From an uncultured Pseudomonadales bacterium (GTDB lineage: Bacteria; Patescibacteriota; Microgenomatia; UBA1400; MFAQ01), in contig CAYHNG010000005.1 of assembly GCA_964357975.1 (NCBI GenBank), positions 1,031 to 65,030 of the forward strand: DNA of 64,000 bases, written 5' to 3'. Under the pieces are notes generated by a model. It saw only the letters and a list, made by a program, of their open reading frames with translations, did not search any database and was not told where the DNA came from. Each line of letters begins with the position of its first letter. Within the stretch, counting starts at the first letter, position 1. Below, in pieces: positions 1-9,920 of this stretch. The translations under genes were made by a program, and so were the position numbers.

Positions 1-624
1 TTTGATTTTTTTTAAATCCATTTCGGTGTGGATTGACTCGCCGCCCATTAGTGACTGTGTTTCTTTACCGCCAATAAGACAAGGAGCAAGAACTATAGAA
101 ACCTCATCGATAAAGCCATTTCTGAGTAACTCGGCATTTAGTTGTCCACCGGATTGTATGGTAACTCTTTCGGCAAGATAATTGTGTTTCAGCCGCCGAA
201 ATAGATCGGCAAAATCAATTTTGTTTTCGTAGTCAAGGATTTGGAGGTTTGATAGCGAATCCTTTAATCCGTATGCAGGATGGTTTTTGTTGGTGGTCAC
301 CAGGTAGAGAGTTTTTACCCATTGGGATAGATAATGAACACCGGACTCGGTCAAGTGCGGTCTGTTGTCAATAATGATAAAACTGCACCCCATTTTTATT
401 GGTTGAGTTGTACGTAGATTGACTCCAATCTTCGCCATAACCTTGCCGCTGTTTAAGGAAAAAGGATCAGTGGTTTTCTCGATATCATAATACTGTGACA
501 ATCCTTCTTTGACCCCATGAATTCGCTTGAAATCCAAGTCTACGTCCAGGAAGTCGGTGTCGCCGGTAGAGATTTTGCCGTCAAGTGATTGGATTAGAAA
601 CAAGGTGTTATAAGTTCGATCCAT
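1..624 (-). CDS. RibD C-terminal/dihydrofolate reductase-fold protein (3' end outside window)
   Basis: Hand translation from ATG at 624 (not in ORF track): MDRTYNTLFLIQSLDGKIST...VTIQSGGQLNAELLRNGFIDEVSIVLAPCLIGG, with SLDG and GG..L....IDE....AP..IGG RibD_C motifs; TATACT 6 nt upstream. Confidence 0.8.
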   Translation of the reverse strand, partial: MDRTYNTLFLIQSLDGKISTGDTDFLDVDLDFKRIHGVKEGLSQYYDIEKTTDPFSLNSGKVMAKIGVNLRTTQPIKMGCSFIIIDNRPHLTESGVHYLSQWVKTLYLVTTNKNHPAYGLKDSLSNLQILDYENKIDFADLFRRLKHNYLAERVTIQSGGQLNAELLRNGFIDEVSIVLAPCLIGGKETQSLMGGESIHTEMDLKKIK

Positions 625-709
625 ATTTTAAGTATAAGGCCTGACCAAGTAGTTATGAGGCGGCTTGTTATTGGTTGAATGCTGTTTCGGTATATGTTAG
701 GGTTATTGT

Positions 710-1678
710 ATGGTATTAAAGAAAGTTAGAGAGATATTTGTCACTTCTCTTGCACCCTTCGATTTTGATTCAACATTCCATAAGCCGGATCACTTTACCA
801 GTGGTGATAATCTGTGGGAACCGGGGATCAGATGGCAAACGTGGAACCAGGAAGGAAGAAGTCTGGGGTTGAAGATCGTGAACATGGGAGAGGTGGATAA
901 TCCCCGACTGCAAATTATCATCTACGCCGATTTTGTACCAAGTGATGAATATCTGTCGACCTTGATAAAAGAGATCGAGTTTAGATATAACCTACAGCTC
1001 GATTTGTCGGAGTTCTATACCGCATTTGAAAAAGATACAACGCTCTCCCCTATCATGCAAAAATGGCGGGGAATGAGGCCCGGACACCCCAGCTCTTTAT
1101 ACGAATATCTAATTATTGGAATTGTTTTGCAGAATGCAACCGTGAGAAGGTCGATGCAAATGTTTAAAGCTTTAATTGAAAAATATGGGAGGCGAATATC
1201 TTTTGACGGTATGGAACTTTTTTGTTTCTGGAGTCCAGGAGATTTGAAAAGTGTCAGCGTTGAAGATCTGATGGGCCTAAAAGTCGGATATAGGGCAAAA
1301 TCTATCAAGATGATAGATGAGCAGTTTGCGGCAGGATTAATTGAAGAAAATGATCTAAGGAACAAGCCTTTAGAAACGCAAAGATTGGAACTGCTAAAAC
1401 TTTACGGCGTGGGTCCGGCAACAGTTTGGTATTTACTTTTTGATGTATTTCATCATTTAGATTTCTTCAATCATATTTCTCCGTGGGAACAGAAAATATA
1501 TTCAAAAATATTCTTTGACGCCGACCCAGAAAAGCCCATATCGGTTGAGCGACTTCTAGAATATTTTGAAAAATATGGGAAGTTTAAACAACTAGCCGTC
1601 CACTACATCTGGGAGGATTTGTGGTGGAAAAGGAAGAATGAAAATATACCATGGTTGGAGAAATTGATTAGGGTGTAG
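710..1678 (+). CDS. HhH-GPD family DNA glycosylase (AlkA/Ogg-like)
   Basis: YEYLIIGIVLQN, GYRAKSI and helix-hairpin-helix LLKLYGVGPATV motifs. Confidence 0.75.
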   Translation: MVLKKVREIFVTSLAPFDFDSTFHKPDHFTSGDNLWEPGIRWQTWNQEGRSLGLKIVNMGEVDNPRLQIIIYADFVPSDEYLSTLIKEIEFRYNLQLDLSEFYTAFEKDTTLSPIMQKWRGMRPGHPSSLYEYLIIGIVLQNATVRRSMQMFKALIEKYGRRISFDGMELFCFWSPGDLKSVSVEDLMGLKVGYRAKSIKMIDEQFAAGLIEENDLRNKPLETQRLELLKLYGVGPATVWYLLFDVFHHLDFFNHISPWEQKIYSKIFFDADPEKPISVERLLEYFEKYGKFKQLAVHYIWEDLWWKRKNENIPWLEKLIRV

Positions 1679-1682
1679 CTAG

Positions 1683-1988
1683 CTAATGTATGATTCCGGA
1701 AAAAAGTATCACCAGGATTAAAAGAGTGATGCCGCCAAAAACGGCTATGGTTTGCAGGAAAAGATTGACGGCTTGTTTCTTCTTGCCATCCAGAAACAGC
1801 TGTAATGGTTGCAGGCAGAACAGATAAGCCATAACAGCGGCGGAAAGAGTAAAAACAGAAATAACGGCAACTGGCGCAAGGAATGAGTCTGGCTGGTCCG
1901 CCATTTTACCAGCGAAAGTCATGACCCAAACGACGAGAAAAATGTATAGACTGGCAAGGATTCCGTTCAGAAAAGGATTTTTGCTCAT
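1683..1988 (-). CDS. Small three-TM membrane protein
   Basis: Hydrophobic ORF; start moved to MSKNPF (ATG 1988) because TATAAT lies 6 nt upstream. Confidence 0.65.
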   Translation of the reverse strand: MSKNPFLNGILASLYIFLVVWVMTFAGKMADQPDSFLAPVAVISVFTLSAAVMAYLFCLQPLQLFLDGKKKQAVNLFLQTIAVFGGITLLILVILFSGIIH

Positions 1989-2046
1989 GAGAAAATTATA
2001 CTCTTGGTCCGAAAAACCTGTCTGATGGCGACAGGGGTTCTGGGGT

Positions 2047-2907
2047 TTAGGATGCGATTGAGAGTGAAAGCACACCTACAAGAGTGATGACAATACCCAA
2101 TATTTGTTGTTTGGTTAGTCTATCTTTAAAGACAAAATAAGCTAAGATTGCAAAAAGAGCCGGATAGGAGCTGGATATTGGAGAAACGACAGAGCTTTGA
2201 CCAATAGTCAGAGCGTAATTGACGGAAAAGAGGGCGATTGTAAGTAAGACGGCGTTGGTCAACATAAACAATTGATTTGTCCTCCCCTTTGGGAATACTA
2301 GTTTTATTGATCTTATTTTCATAAAAATCAACACTAAAGGGAATCCCCAATACGACAGGTAAGTTGGCCAGAACCATCCGATATTTTGGAGAGGTATTTT
2401 GACAAAGGTGTAATATATTCCCCACGCGAGTAGGGACGCTAGAGCGAAAGGAATTCCTTTATCCGATAAAATTTGCCTTGAGTTAAGACTTCTAAGGTTG
2501 AGTGAAGAAATAACAAGTCCTAGTATTATGGCCAAGATTGATATAACTTGGGCGACATTTAATTTTTCTCCAAGAAATATGACAGAAAGGATGGCCACTA
2601 ACCCTCCGAAGGCACTGGCTATAGTACCAACCAGTGAAGGGTTCCCGACTTTAAACCCTTCGTACAAAGAAATTAGCGGAGTGATGCCGATAGGAGTAAG
2701 AATCAACAACCAGATGATGGTGGTGGGAGTAATACTACTGAGTTCGTGCCAGGCAAACGGAATGTAAAATGAAGTCAGAATGATACTGATAATGTATGAC
2801 AATATGGCCGATGAGTAGCCTCCTATTTTACGGGCAACCAGACCGCCAAAAATGTCGGCAGTTGCCCATCCAATGGCGGTAATAATGGCGAAGATGATTG
2901 GTGTCAT
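2047..2907 (-). CDS. EamA/DMT family transporter
   Basis: About 10 TM helices in two repeats (FLGEKLN / VFKDRLT). Confidence 0.85.
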   Translation of the reverse strand: MTPIIFAIITAIGWATADIFGGLVARKIGGYSSAILSYIISIILTSFYIPFAWHELSSITPTTIIWLLILTPIGITPLISLYEGFKVGNPSLVGTIASAFGGLVAILSVIFLGEKLNVAQVISILAIILGLVISSLNLRSLNSRQILSDKGIPFALASLLAWGIYYTFVKIPLQNIGWFWPTYLSYWGFPLVLIFMKIRSIKLVFPKGRTNQLFMLTNAVLLTIALFSVNYALTIGQSSVVSPISSSYPALFAILAYFVFKDRLTKQQILGIVITLVGVLSLSIAS

Positions 2908-2937
2908 TTGTTTATTGTAGCGATGTAAAATAGTTTA

Positions 2938-4116
2938 GTGAGGAGAAATATTAGCTTGGCATATTTTCTGTCGTTTGCCTTTCATGGGTGGTTTTGGCTG
3001 GGGAACTGGATATTTTATTATCTAAGCTTTGGCAATTATATGACGGTGGCATTGTTGGATTCGGGAGCCGTGATGACAGAATTAATTTTTGAAATCCCTA
3101 CCGGAGCCTTAACTGATTTGATAGGCAAAAAGAAAACCTTAATGCTCGCCTTTTTATTACAAGGGATTGGGTGTTTATTGATGGGGATCTCGAGTAGTTT
3201 CTGGATGCTGGCTCTTTCTCTCTGGGTTTTTGTTTGTATAGGCGGTGCTTTCTATTCCGGAACAATGGAAGCGTTGGTTTATGACAGTCTAAAAAGTGTC
3301 GGAGAGGAACATTTATACGAGAAAAAGATTGGCGTAGTTGGGGCAACTAGGCTGTGGTCTATGGCAATTTGTGGAATCATTGGCGGTCTTTTGTATTATA
3401 TTTCGCCGGGACTTCCATACATACTGAATGGGGTTTTTTGTCTAATTGGTTTCGCAGTTTGCGCGTGGATAGTTGAGCCGGTAGTAGACACAGAAAAATA
3501 TAAATTGAGTAGTTTTTTTGTACAAAATTCTTTGGGTATTAAAACTTTGTTTAAGAGTAATTATATGAAGAAAATATCATTATATTTGGTGGCAACGGGA
3601 AGTCTTTCCATTGTTGTCTACAACTTGTTGGATGATCTTCTGGCGGTTGAATACGGCTTCTCACCTTTTGGAATTAGCATTCTGTTTTCCGTTGCATGTC
3701 TGGTGGCCGGATTTGCATCGATGTATGTCCCTCGTCTAAAAATAAAATTCGATGAGAGAATGATGCTGATTGTTTCGATGGTGGTAATGGCTTTTGTTTT
3801 GATACTTTCCCCTTTAATTGGCATGGTATTATCAGGAGTTTTACTGATGGTTAGGGTAATACTGGAAGTACTCTATGACAATGCAAGTTCGACGATAATT
3901 AATAGGAATACAGATTCAAGTGTTAGTGCTACCACCCTGTCATCTCTAAGTTTGCTTAGAAGTCTTCCCTATGCTATTGGTGGCTCGTTTATCGGTGGCG
4001 CAGTTCAGTTTGTGGGAGGGGCAAAGAACTTTTCGATGTGGTTTGGGTTGGCGCTGATGATCATTACGGTAGTATTGGGGGCGAGAATAGAAAGAGATAA
4101 GAAAATCCCCTCTTAG
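2938..4116 (+). CDS. MFS transporter
   Basis: EIPTGALTDLIGKK MFS motif A, about 12 TM helices. Confidence 0.85.
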   Translation: MRRNISLAYFLSFAFHGWFWLGNWIFYYLSFGNYMTVALLDSGAVMTELIFEIPTGALTDLIGKKKTLMLAFLLQGIGCLLMGISSSFWMLALSLWVFVCIGGAFYSGTMEALVYDSLKSVGEEHLYEKKIGVVGATRLWSMAICGIIGGLLYYISPGLPYILNGVFCLIGFAVCAWIVEPVVDTEKYKLSSFFVQNSLGIKTLFKSNYMKKISLYLVATGSLSIVVYNLLDDLLAVEYGFSPFGISILFSVACLVAGFASMYVPRLKIKFDERMMLIVSMVVMAFVLILSPLIGMVLSGVLLMVRVILEVLYDNASSTIINRNTDSSVSATTLSSLSLLRSLPYAIGGSFIGGAVQFVGGAKNFSMWFGLALMIITVVLGARIERDKKIPS

Positions 4117-5087
4117 TTTGGCTTGCTGGTGAACATGTCGGCGATGATTTCTTCCAGGGGAACATGGATAATGTCTATATCGTCTATGGGTAATTTTTCC
4201 ATAATATCGGCAATGGTTTTTGATTGTCCGGACTTGGAGATCTCTATGGTATATGTGAGTGGTTTCCGGTCGACGATTTTGCCGAATTTTTCAATTACTT
4301 TTGACTCAACGGTTTCGGTCAACACTAAGGTAAGATATTTTTTGTCTTGGTAATTCCGAAGAAGCTTGGGCATAGAATCGTCAAAAACTATCTGACCGTG
4401 ATTGATGACGATAACCCGATCACTGACTTTTTCTACGTCATCCATATCGTGGCTGGTAAGCAGCAGGGTGATTTTTGAATCACGCTGGATATCTCTGAGA
4501 AAAGATCTGATTCTTTGTTTGGAGATAATATCGAGGCCGATGGTGGGCTCGTCCAGATAAAGAATTTCCGGATTGTGCAAAAGAGAAGCGACCAGCTCTA
4601 ACTTCATCCGTTCTCCGAGTGAAAGTTTACGTACTTGTTTATCTAAGAATTTTTCGACGTCGAGCATTTTGGTCAGACGACCAACCCTTTCCGGAAAGTC
4701 TTTATCGGGAATGCGGTAGATTTTCTTGGCTAACTCAAAGTTTTGGTTAGGAGTAAGGTCCCACGCCAAACCGGAGCGGTTCCCCATGACCAAACCGATT
4801 CGCTTCAGGTATTCGTTTTTTCTATCGAAAGGAAAGAACCCAAGTACGTCTATCCTACCGGAGGTGGGATAAAGAAGACCGGAGAGCATTTTCATGGTGG
4901 TAGTTTTTCCGGCTCCGTTTGGTCCTAAAAGGGCGACCGACTCTCCCCTATCGATACTAAACGAGATGTCATTAACGGCGGAGATAACTTTGTACTTTGG
5001 GAAAAAAGCATTCTTCCAAAAACTTTGTCTAATTTTTACCGAGTAATTTTTTTGGAGTCTATTGATCTTGATTATTGGATGGTTCAT
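4113..5087 (-). CDS. ABC exporter ATP-binding subunit
   Basis: GPNGAGKTT Walker A, LSLGERMK signature, LYLDEPTIGLD Walker B. Confidence 0.9.
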   Translation of the reverse strand: MNHPIIKINRLQKNYSVKIRQSFWKNAFFPKYKVISAVNDISFSIDRGESVALLGPNGAGKTTTMKMLSGLLYPTSGRIDVLGFFPFDRKNEYLKRIGLVMGNRSGLAWDLTPNQNFELAKKIYRIPDKDFPERVGRLTKMLDVEKFLDKQVRKLSLGERMKLELVASLLHNPEILYLDEPTIGLDIISKQRIRSFLRDIQRDSKITLLLTSHDMDDVEKVSDRVIVINHGQIVFDDSMPKLLRNYQDKKYLTLVLTETVESKVIEKFGKIVDRKPLTYTIEISKSGQSKTIADIMEKLPIDDIDIIHVPLEEIIADMFTSKPN

Positions 5088-5911
5088 GATGAGGCTGAAG
5101 TGTAGTTTTTAATGGCAATTTTCCAGGCGATTCTCCTGACACTTACAGCGATTAGAGCTATTATAAATGCACAGAGAAAGAGAAAGCGAGGATTTGTTTT
5201 TCCCAGTATGGCTGAGGTGGTAAAGGCGGTGGAGATAAGGACCGGAATAATGGTACCTAGTACAAATTGAAGTGGTCGGCTAAAACCCTCGAGAGGGATC
5301 ATGCTGCCGGAACCCGCTCCAATAAATCCCGCTAGGTCAATAATATTTTCACTTTCCCCTAACCAAAATACAGGTAGGGCCGCCAAAAATTCGAAGACGT
5401 GTAAGGAGATAGATCCAAAGATAAAAATGAAGACACCGTAGATAAGACTGGTGTAGTTTGTGGAGAGTGCCGACCAATTGATCGAGAAAACTATGGCAAG
5501 AGTGGGAGGAAAAGCGTCGACAAAGAAACGAAATCCGCCGATGTTTCTGGTGGTGAGGTAGAAAAGTGCCGGGACGGGCTTGGTGAGAATCATGTCAAGA
5601 TTACCTCTGTTGACGTCAATGGTGAGTTCGTGAATATTAATCATGGACAGGTACCAATTGGTGTAATAGGTGAGCTGGGCAACGAAGAAATAGAGAAGCA
5701 TATCATTGTGTGAATACCCCGCAATCTGTTTTGTGTTTCCGAAAATGATATTGACAAAAAGAAGCATGGAAAGAGTGTAGGCAGTAGTGGAGATCACTCC
5801 GGCCCAGTTGTTTCCTGCATAGGCCACCTCTTTGCGAAAAGCAAACTGGCAACTGGCTTTCAAAATTTCGAACCGCTGTTTGATGATGTTTCTATATTCC
5901 GATAGCTTCAT
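5084..5911 (-). CDS. ABC-2 type permease
   Basis: Six-TM protein, GNLDMILTKP motif, C-terminal YTSASS; coupled to the ATPase. Confidence 0.8.
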   Translation of the reverse strand: MKLSEYRNIIKQRFEILKASCQFAFRKEVAYAGNNWAGVISTTAYTLSMLLFVNIIFGNTKQIAGYSHNDMLLYFFVAQLTYYTNWYLSMINIHELTIDVNRGNLDMILTKPVPALFYLTTRNIGGFRFFVDAFPPTLAIVFSINWSALSTNYTSLIYGVFIFIFGSISLHVFEFLAALPVFWLGESENIIDLAGFIGAGSGSMIPLEGFSRPLQFVLGTIIPVLISTAFTTSAILGKTNPRFLFLCAFIIALIAVSVRRIAWKIAIKNYTSASS

Positions 5912-6674
5912 ATTTTTTCATTGAATGATTCCACAGGGAAAAGGCCAATAAATTTAAAGTTATGCCCCAGAAAATGCCGATAGCAAAATCCAGGCCCACT
6001 CCATTTAGGGCCAGAGTGCTACTGAGTGAGTTGGCCGGTAGATAGACCATTCCGGGAAAGGGAGAGAAACGGAGAATTTCTTTGAGTGGTGAGGGGAACA
6101 TGTAAAGAGGGACCATGGTACCGGTAAAGATACGGATGAAGTTTTGAATTGAGTTTCTAATTCCGAAAGCGTCGGTAAAGTGTAAGAAAAGCGTTCCTTC
6201 AAGAATGTTGTAAGCAAAAGAGATGGCCCAAGAGTTGACTAGAAATAACAGAAAAATCAAGAGTGACACGGGAGTCTTTGGGGGCATGAGAGAGAGACCA
6301 ATAATAATGTTGATAAGAGCAAGAATCAATCTCATGCCGTTTCTGCCAAGAGAAATAGCATAGAGCGTAGGAATCAACTTTGTGGGTTTAATAATATAGT
6401 TGCTGATCTGGCCTGACTTGATTTGATTACCAATCAGACTGCTCAAGGCACCCCAGCGGGACATAGTAAGATCGGCTACACCCATAGCGATCAAAAAATA
6501 GGCGGTAATTTGAGAGAGAGAAACGGAGATTCCGGAACTCTTGATATAAATGGACCAGAAAAGAACGAGAAAAACTATTTCCACGATTCTTTTGAGGACA
6601 GTGGCGATTATTTCAAAAGGATAGGCAAAGAAGCGCAAAAAACTAAACCTGATGATATCAAAATAGACGGTCAC
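5892..6674 (-). CDS. ABC-2 type permease
   Basis: IKSGQISNYIIKP, PLYMFP and C-terminal YEAIG motifs. Confidence 0.8.
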   Translation of the reverse strand: MTVYFDIIRFSFLRFFAYPFEIIATVLKRIVEIVFLVLFWSIYIKSSGISVSLSQITAYFLIAMGVADLTMSRWGALSSLIGNQIKSGQISNYIIKPTKLIPTLYAISLGRNGMRLILALINIIIGLSLMPPKTPVSLLIFLLFLVNSWAISFAYNILEGTLFLHFTDAFGIRNSIQNFIRIFTGTMVPLYMFPSPLKEILRFSPFPGMVYLPANSLSSTLALNGVGLDFAIGIFWGITLNLLAFSLWNHSMKKYEAIGI

Positions 6675-6697
6675 TAAAAGATGTTATCACAGCCGTC

Positions 6698-6985
6698 TCA
6701 GCACATGTCGACCATCATGGGGAGAATCTCGATGCAGGGAGTGCCCCAGCTGTGGTTTTTGAGGATGAATTCGTGAATCTTGGGAATAAATTGTTTAGTA
6801 GTTTTTAGACTTAGGAGAACAATGTCCGATCCTTGAACGCCGTCTTCAATATACATCAGATGTACGCCTTCTTGGATTTTGGCGGTGCCACAAAGTTCTT
6901 GTTTGAGCATTTCAGTGCAAAGTCTAATCCCCTCTTCTTTTGATGGGCAGGGAATGTTGATGATGATTGGATCTAGTTCGGTCAT
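6698..6985 (-). CDS. cutA: CutA1-like divalent cation tolerance protein
   Basis: 95 aa; PCPSKEEG, LKTT and HSWGTPCI resemble CutA motifs. Confidence 0.65.
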   Translation of the reverse strand: MTELDPIIINIPCPSKEEGIRLCTEMLKQELCGTAKIQEGVHLMYIEDGVQGSDIVLLSLKTTKQFIPKIHEFILKNHSWGTPCIEILPMMVDMC

Positions 6986-7053
6986 AAAACTATTTTAACC
7001 AAAATGACAGTTTAATGGTAGTGGTAAATGAGCTGGTTTGATATACTTGCGGG

Positions 7054-7908
7054 ATGAGTATTTATCGAATGGAGAGGCTGTCTCCTCTTGACCTTCAAGA
7101 AACATATTACCGTGAGACCGGAGTTCAGCGGTATACCTTGTCGGATGGAACAAAGATCGTTGGGGTATCAGCGAACACCTGGAGAGATTTCCGGACAATG
7201 ATCGAGAAAGTGTCACCTGAAGCCCCCATTGTGGTAGGTCCGGAACTGATTGCCTGTGCAGGGGACGATTTCGGCGAGCTGGTACAAAATCGTAACCTGA
7301 TCAACGAACGGTTGGAGGATCTCGTAGAGTATTCAACCAAGAGAGCCAAAACAACATTTGTCATCGGCACTCCCCTCTTCGTAGATTCCTACAGGCCGAG
7401 AAATAGTGCCCTACTGATTAAAAATGGAGAAATTGTGGACGTAACAAACAAAAGATCCGGTTCGTCCAGAGAAGAGAACAGATGTTTTGAGTTGGTGGCT
7501 GAAGAAGCCCCCCTGTTTCTGCCCGGAACCAAGACGGCGATCTTGATTTGCGCGGATCTCCCGACGGCGACGCTGTTTACCTGTCAGAAGGATGGGTCAT
7601 TTAACCGAACTTTGGAGCTGTCAAATAGACAGCATTTGATAGGGAAAAAAGTCCAATTCATTCCCCTATCGGCGACCAGTCTTTTGGTAATTGCCTGTTG
7701 GGGAACGGGAGGTTCTTGGGTACAAGAAGGGAAAGCCGATGAGTATTACAGATTGCAGCTGAGGAATATTGTGTGGAGATTGATGGAAGCGACAAATATA
7801 AAAGAAGTGGTGGTAGTTGACCGGGTAGCTCAGAATCTTAGCGAAGAATTAAAAAAAATTACTCCCAAAAAGCCATACAACGGAATAATAAAATACCCTC
7901 TCGAGTGA
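7054..7908 (+). CDS. Carbon-nitrogen hydrolase (nitrilase superfamily)-like protein
   Basis: Putative Glu-Lys-Cys triad: VVGPEL, RNSALLIKNGE..NKR, ILICAD. Confidence 0.6.
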   Translation: MSIYRMERLSPLDLQETYYRETGVQRYTLSDGTKIVGVSANTWRDFRTMIEKVSPEAPIVVGPELIACAGDDFGELVQNRNLINERLEDLVEYSTKRAKTTFVIGTPLFVDSYRPRNSALLIKNGEIVDVTNKRSGSSREENRCFELVAEEAPLFLPGTKTAILICADLPTATLFTCQKDGSFNRTLELSNRQHLIGKKVQFIPLSATSLLVIACWGTGGSWVQEGKADEYYRLQLRNIVWRLMEATNIKEVVVVDRVAQNLSEELKKITPKKPYNGIIKYPLE

Positions 7909-7950
7909 GAGGGTTGGGTGGTGATCCCTTTTTCGTTGTTTCCGGCTTGG

Positions 7951-8436
7951 TCAAGGTTTTGACCGGGAGTCGACCCTAAGGATTGTCCGCCGGCTGAGAG
8001 AAATATTGGAATCTCTGAGTTCTTGATGGCGTAAGGCCAAAGCTTCTTTTTCGAGACCAGCCATGTTGTCGGCCGTACAAATTGCTTGAACGGTCTCGGC
8101 CGAGTTAGAGATGGCCGTTTCCAGCCATTTTTTGGAAATTTGATTCGGTAAAAACCTGTTTTTTGATCGGACCAGCCCACTACCGCTAACGGTGACTTTT
8201 TTGTTGACGGTGTGGTTGATGAAGCCGTGCACCGTAAAGGTGATGAATTTTGGAAAACGAGGTCCGTGTCCGGTATCCATAAGTACAACAACCATACCTT
8301 GTCCAACTTCGGTGTCGATTTTTATTTCCATGCCTTGATAGTCTTCGGCAAACCCATACTTCAAGCCGAGTTTTTTGGCGGCTTTACCAATAGCATTAGA
8401 ACACAATTTAATTCGTCGGTCATACTCTATGTTCAT
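7951..8436 (-). CDS. Hypothetical protein
   Basis: 161-aa ORF with GGAGAG upstream, filling the gap; no recognised motif. Confidence 0.55.
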   Translation of the reverse strand: MNIEYDRRIKLCSNAIGKAAKKLGLKYGFAEDYQGMEIKIDTEVGQGMVVVLMDTGHGPRFPKFITFTVHGFINHTVNKKVTVSGSGLVRSKNRFLPNQISKKWLETAISNSAETVQAICTADNMAGLEKEALALRHQELRDSNISLSRRTILRVDSRSKP

Positions 8437-8527
8437 AACACGACTCTCCTTCTGTAAAAGTTCTGGGCTATTATATCAGGAAGGTATTGGATCATTCATG
8501 TCGCACAATAATTTGGTATGATGAATT

Positions 8528-9475
8528 GTGGCTAAAAAGGAAGTAAACGATTTGGGGCTTAGAGTGTTGATAAGAAGATATTTAAGCTTTATTGAAGTAG
8601 AAAAAAATTATTCCAAATTTACGATTCGCAACTACTCTCACTATCTTGGGATGTTTCGCAAATGGTTTGAGAAACATTATGAACAGGAATATATTGAAAA
8701 GCTGACGAGCGAAATGGTCCGGAAGTACCGCTTGTTCTTAGCTAGATATGAGACAAAGGAAGGTAAACGGCTCTCTCCCACTACTCAAAGCTACTATGTG
8801 ATTGCGCTGAGAGCCTTTTTGAAATATTGTGCCAAAAGAGGCGTCAAGACTTTGTCGGCCGAGAAGGTAGATTTACCCAAACCGGGTGAGCATCAAATAA
8901 AGTTTTTGGATAGAGAGCAGGTGGAAAGACTGCTCATGGCTCCAGACACGTCGAACATTAGCGGGCTAAGAGATCGGACCATTTTAGAAGTACTGTTTAG
9001 TACCGGTTTGCGGGTTTCGGAACTAGCTAAATTGGATATCGACAAAATAGATTTAAAGGAAAGAGAGTTTGGGATCTTGGGTAAGGGAAGAAGAATGAGG
9101 TTGGTGTTTTTGTCGGAACGCGCGACGCAGTGGTTGGGTAGATATCTATCTGCCAGGACAGACCCATTCAGAGCTCTGTGGGTGCGCATTCCTAAAGGTG
9201 GTGACTGGGATCCGAGTATGGGTAACGAAAAAGCCAGACTGTCGATTCGAGGAATTCAGAGAATTGTGGAAAAATATCGAAGGTTGGCCGGACTGCCGAT
9301 AAAAGTTAGTCCGCACGTTTTGCGGCATAGTTTTGCTACTACCCTTCTTCAACAAGGCGCAGACCTGCGTAGTGTGCAAGAAATGTTGGGTCACAAAAAC
9401 GTGGCCACGACCCAGATATACACTCACGTCACTAACCCCCAACTCAAACAGATCCACGACAAATTTTTGAAATAA
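8528..9475 (+). CDS. XerC/XerD-family tyrosine recombinase
   Basis: N-terminal SAM-like domain; STGLRVSEL, GKG, HVLRHSFAT, LGH and TQIYTHV give the R-K-H-R-H-Y catalytic set. Confidence 0.9.
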   Translation: MAKKEVNDLGLRVLIRRYLSFIEVEKNYSKFTIRNYSHYLGMFRKWFEKHYEQEYIEKLTSEMVRKYRLFLARYETKEGKRLSPTTQSYYVIALRAFLKYCAKRGVKTLSAEKVDLPKPGEHQIKFLDREQVERLLMAPDTSNISGLRDRTILEVLFSTGLRVSELAKLDIDKIDLKEREFGILGKGRRMRLVFLSERATQWLGRYLSARTDPFRALWVRIPKGGDWDPSMGNEKARLSIRGIQRIVEKYRRLAGLPIKVSPHVLRHSFATTLLQQGADLRSVQEMLGHKNVATTQIYTHVTNPQLKQIHDKFLK

Positions 9476-9476
9476 A

Positions 9477-9500
9477 AAATCCACCCGTGTGGGTGGATTT
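9477..9500. terminator. Probable bidirectional intrinsic terminator
   Basis: AAATCCACCC-GTGT-GGGTGGATTT hairpin between convergent genes. Confidence 0.75.
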
Positions 9501-9509
9501 GTTGAGTGA

Positions 9510-9920
9510 CTAACCGATGAAACCAGGTTTAGAATCGGGAGTTATACAATAGTGCCAGAATAGAGTAACCAAAGTGGCGATAATTATGGTGGTGTAAACC
9601 GGTATAGTTCTCATGCCAGCAGCAAGTATCGTTTCTGCCGCGATACCGATGAGACCATGTGTAAAGACGAGACCTGTGACGTAGATGCTCAGCAGAGTGG
9701 CCAGTCCGACAATAACCACCCAGCGCCGAAGCAAGAGCAAATCGATGGGTCCCCATTTTCTGGCATGGGTCAACATAACTGTTGCACATAGAATAGCAAA
9801 AAAGAAAGTGGCTGTGCCGTAAAAGAACTGCCCCGCGATGTTGATACCTAGCAGAAGACAAAATACAAAACAGAAGAAATCTATTAAATAATCATCCCAT
9901 TTTTTCAAGGAAGCCTCCAA
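9510..9920 (-). CDS. Hypothetical membrane protein
   Basis: About 4 TM segments; overlaps the pyrG stop. Confidence 0.55.
   Translation of the reverse strand: MEASLKKWDDYLIDFFCFVFCLLLGINIAGQFFYGTATFFFAILCATVMLTHARKWGPIDLLLLRRWVVIVGLATLLSIYVTGLVFTHGLIGIAAETILAAGMRTIPVYTTIIIATLVTLFWHYCITPDSKPGFIG

Noticed and set aside
1-9475. Integron with a cassette array
   Set aside because: No repeated attC-like sites, genes are in mixed orientation, and the recombinase looks Xer-like with no clear IntI patch
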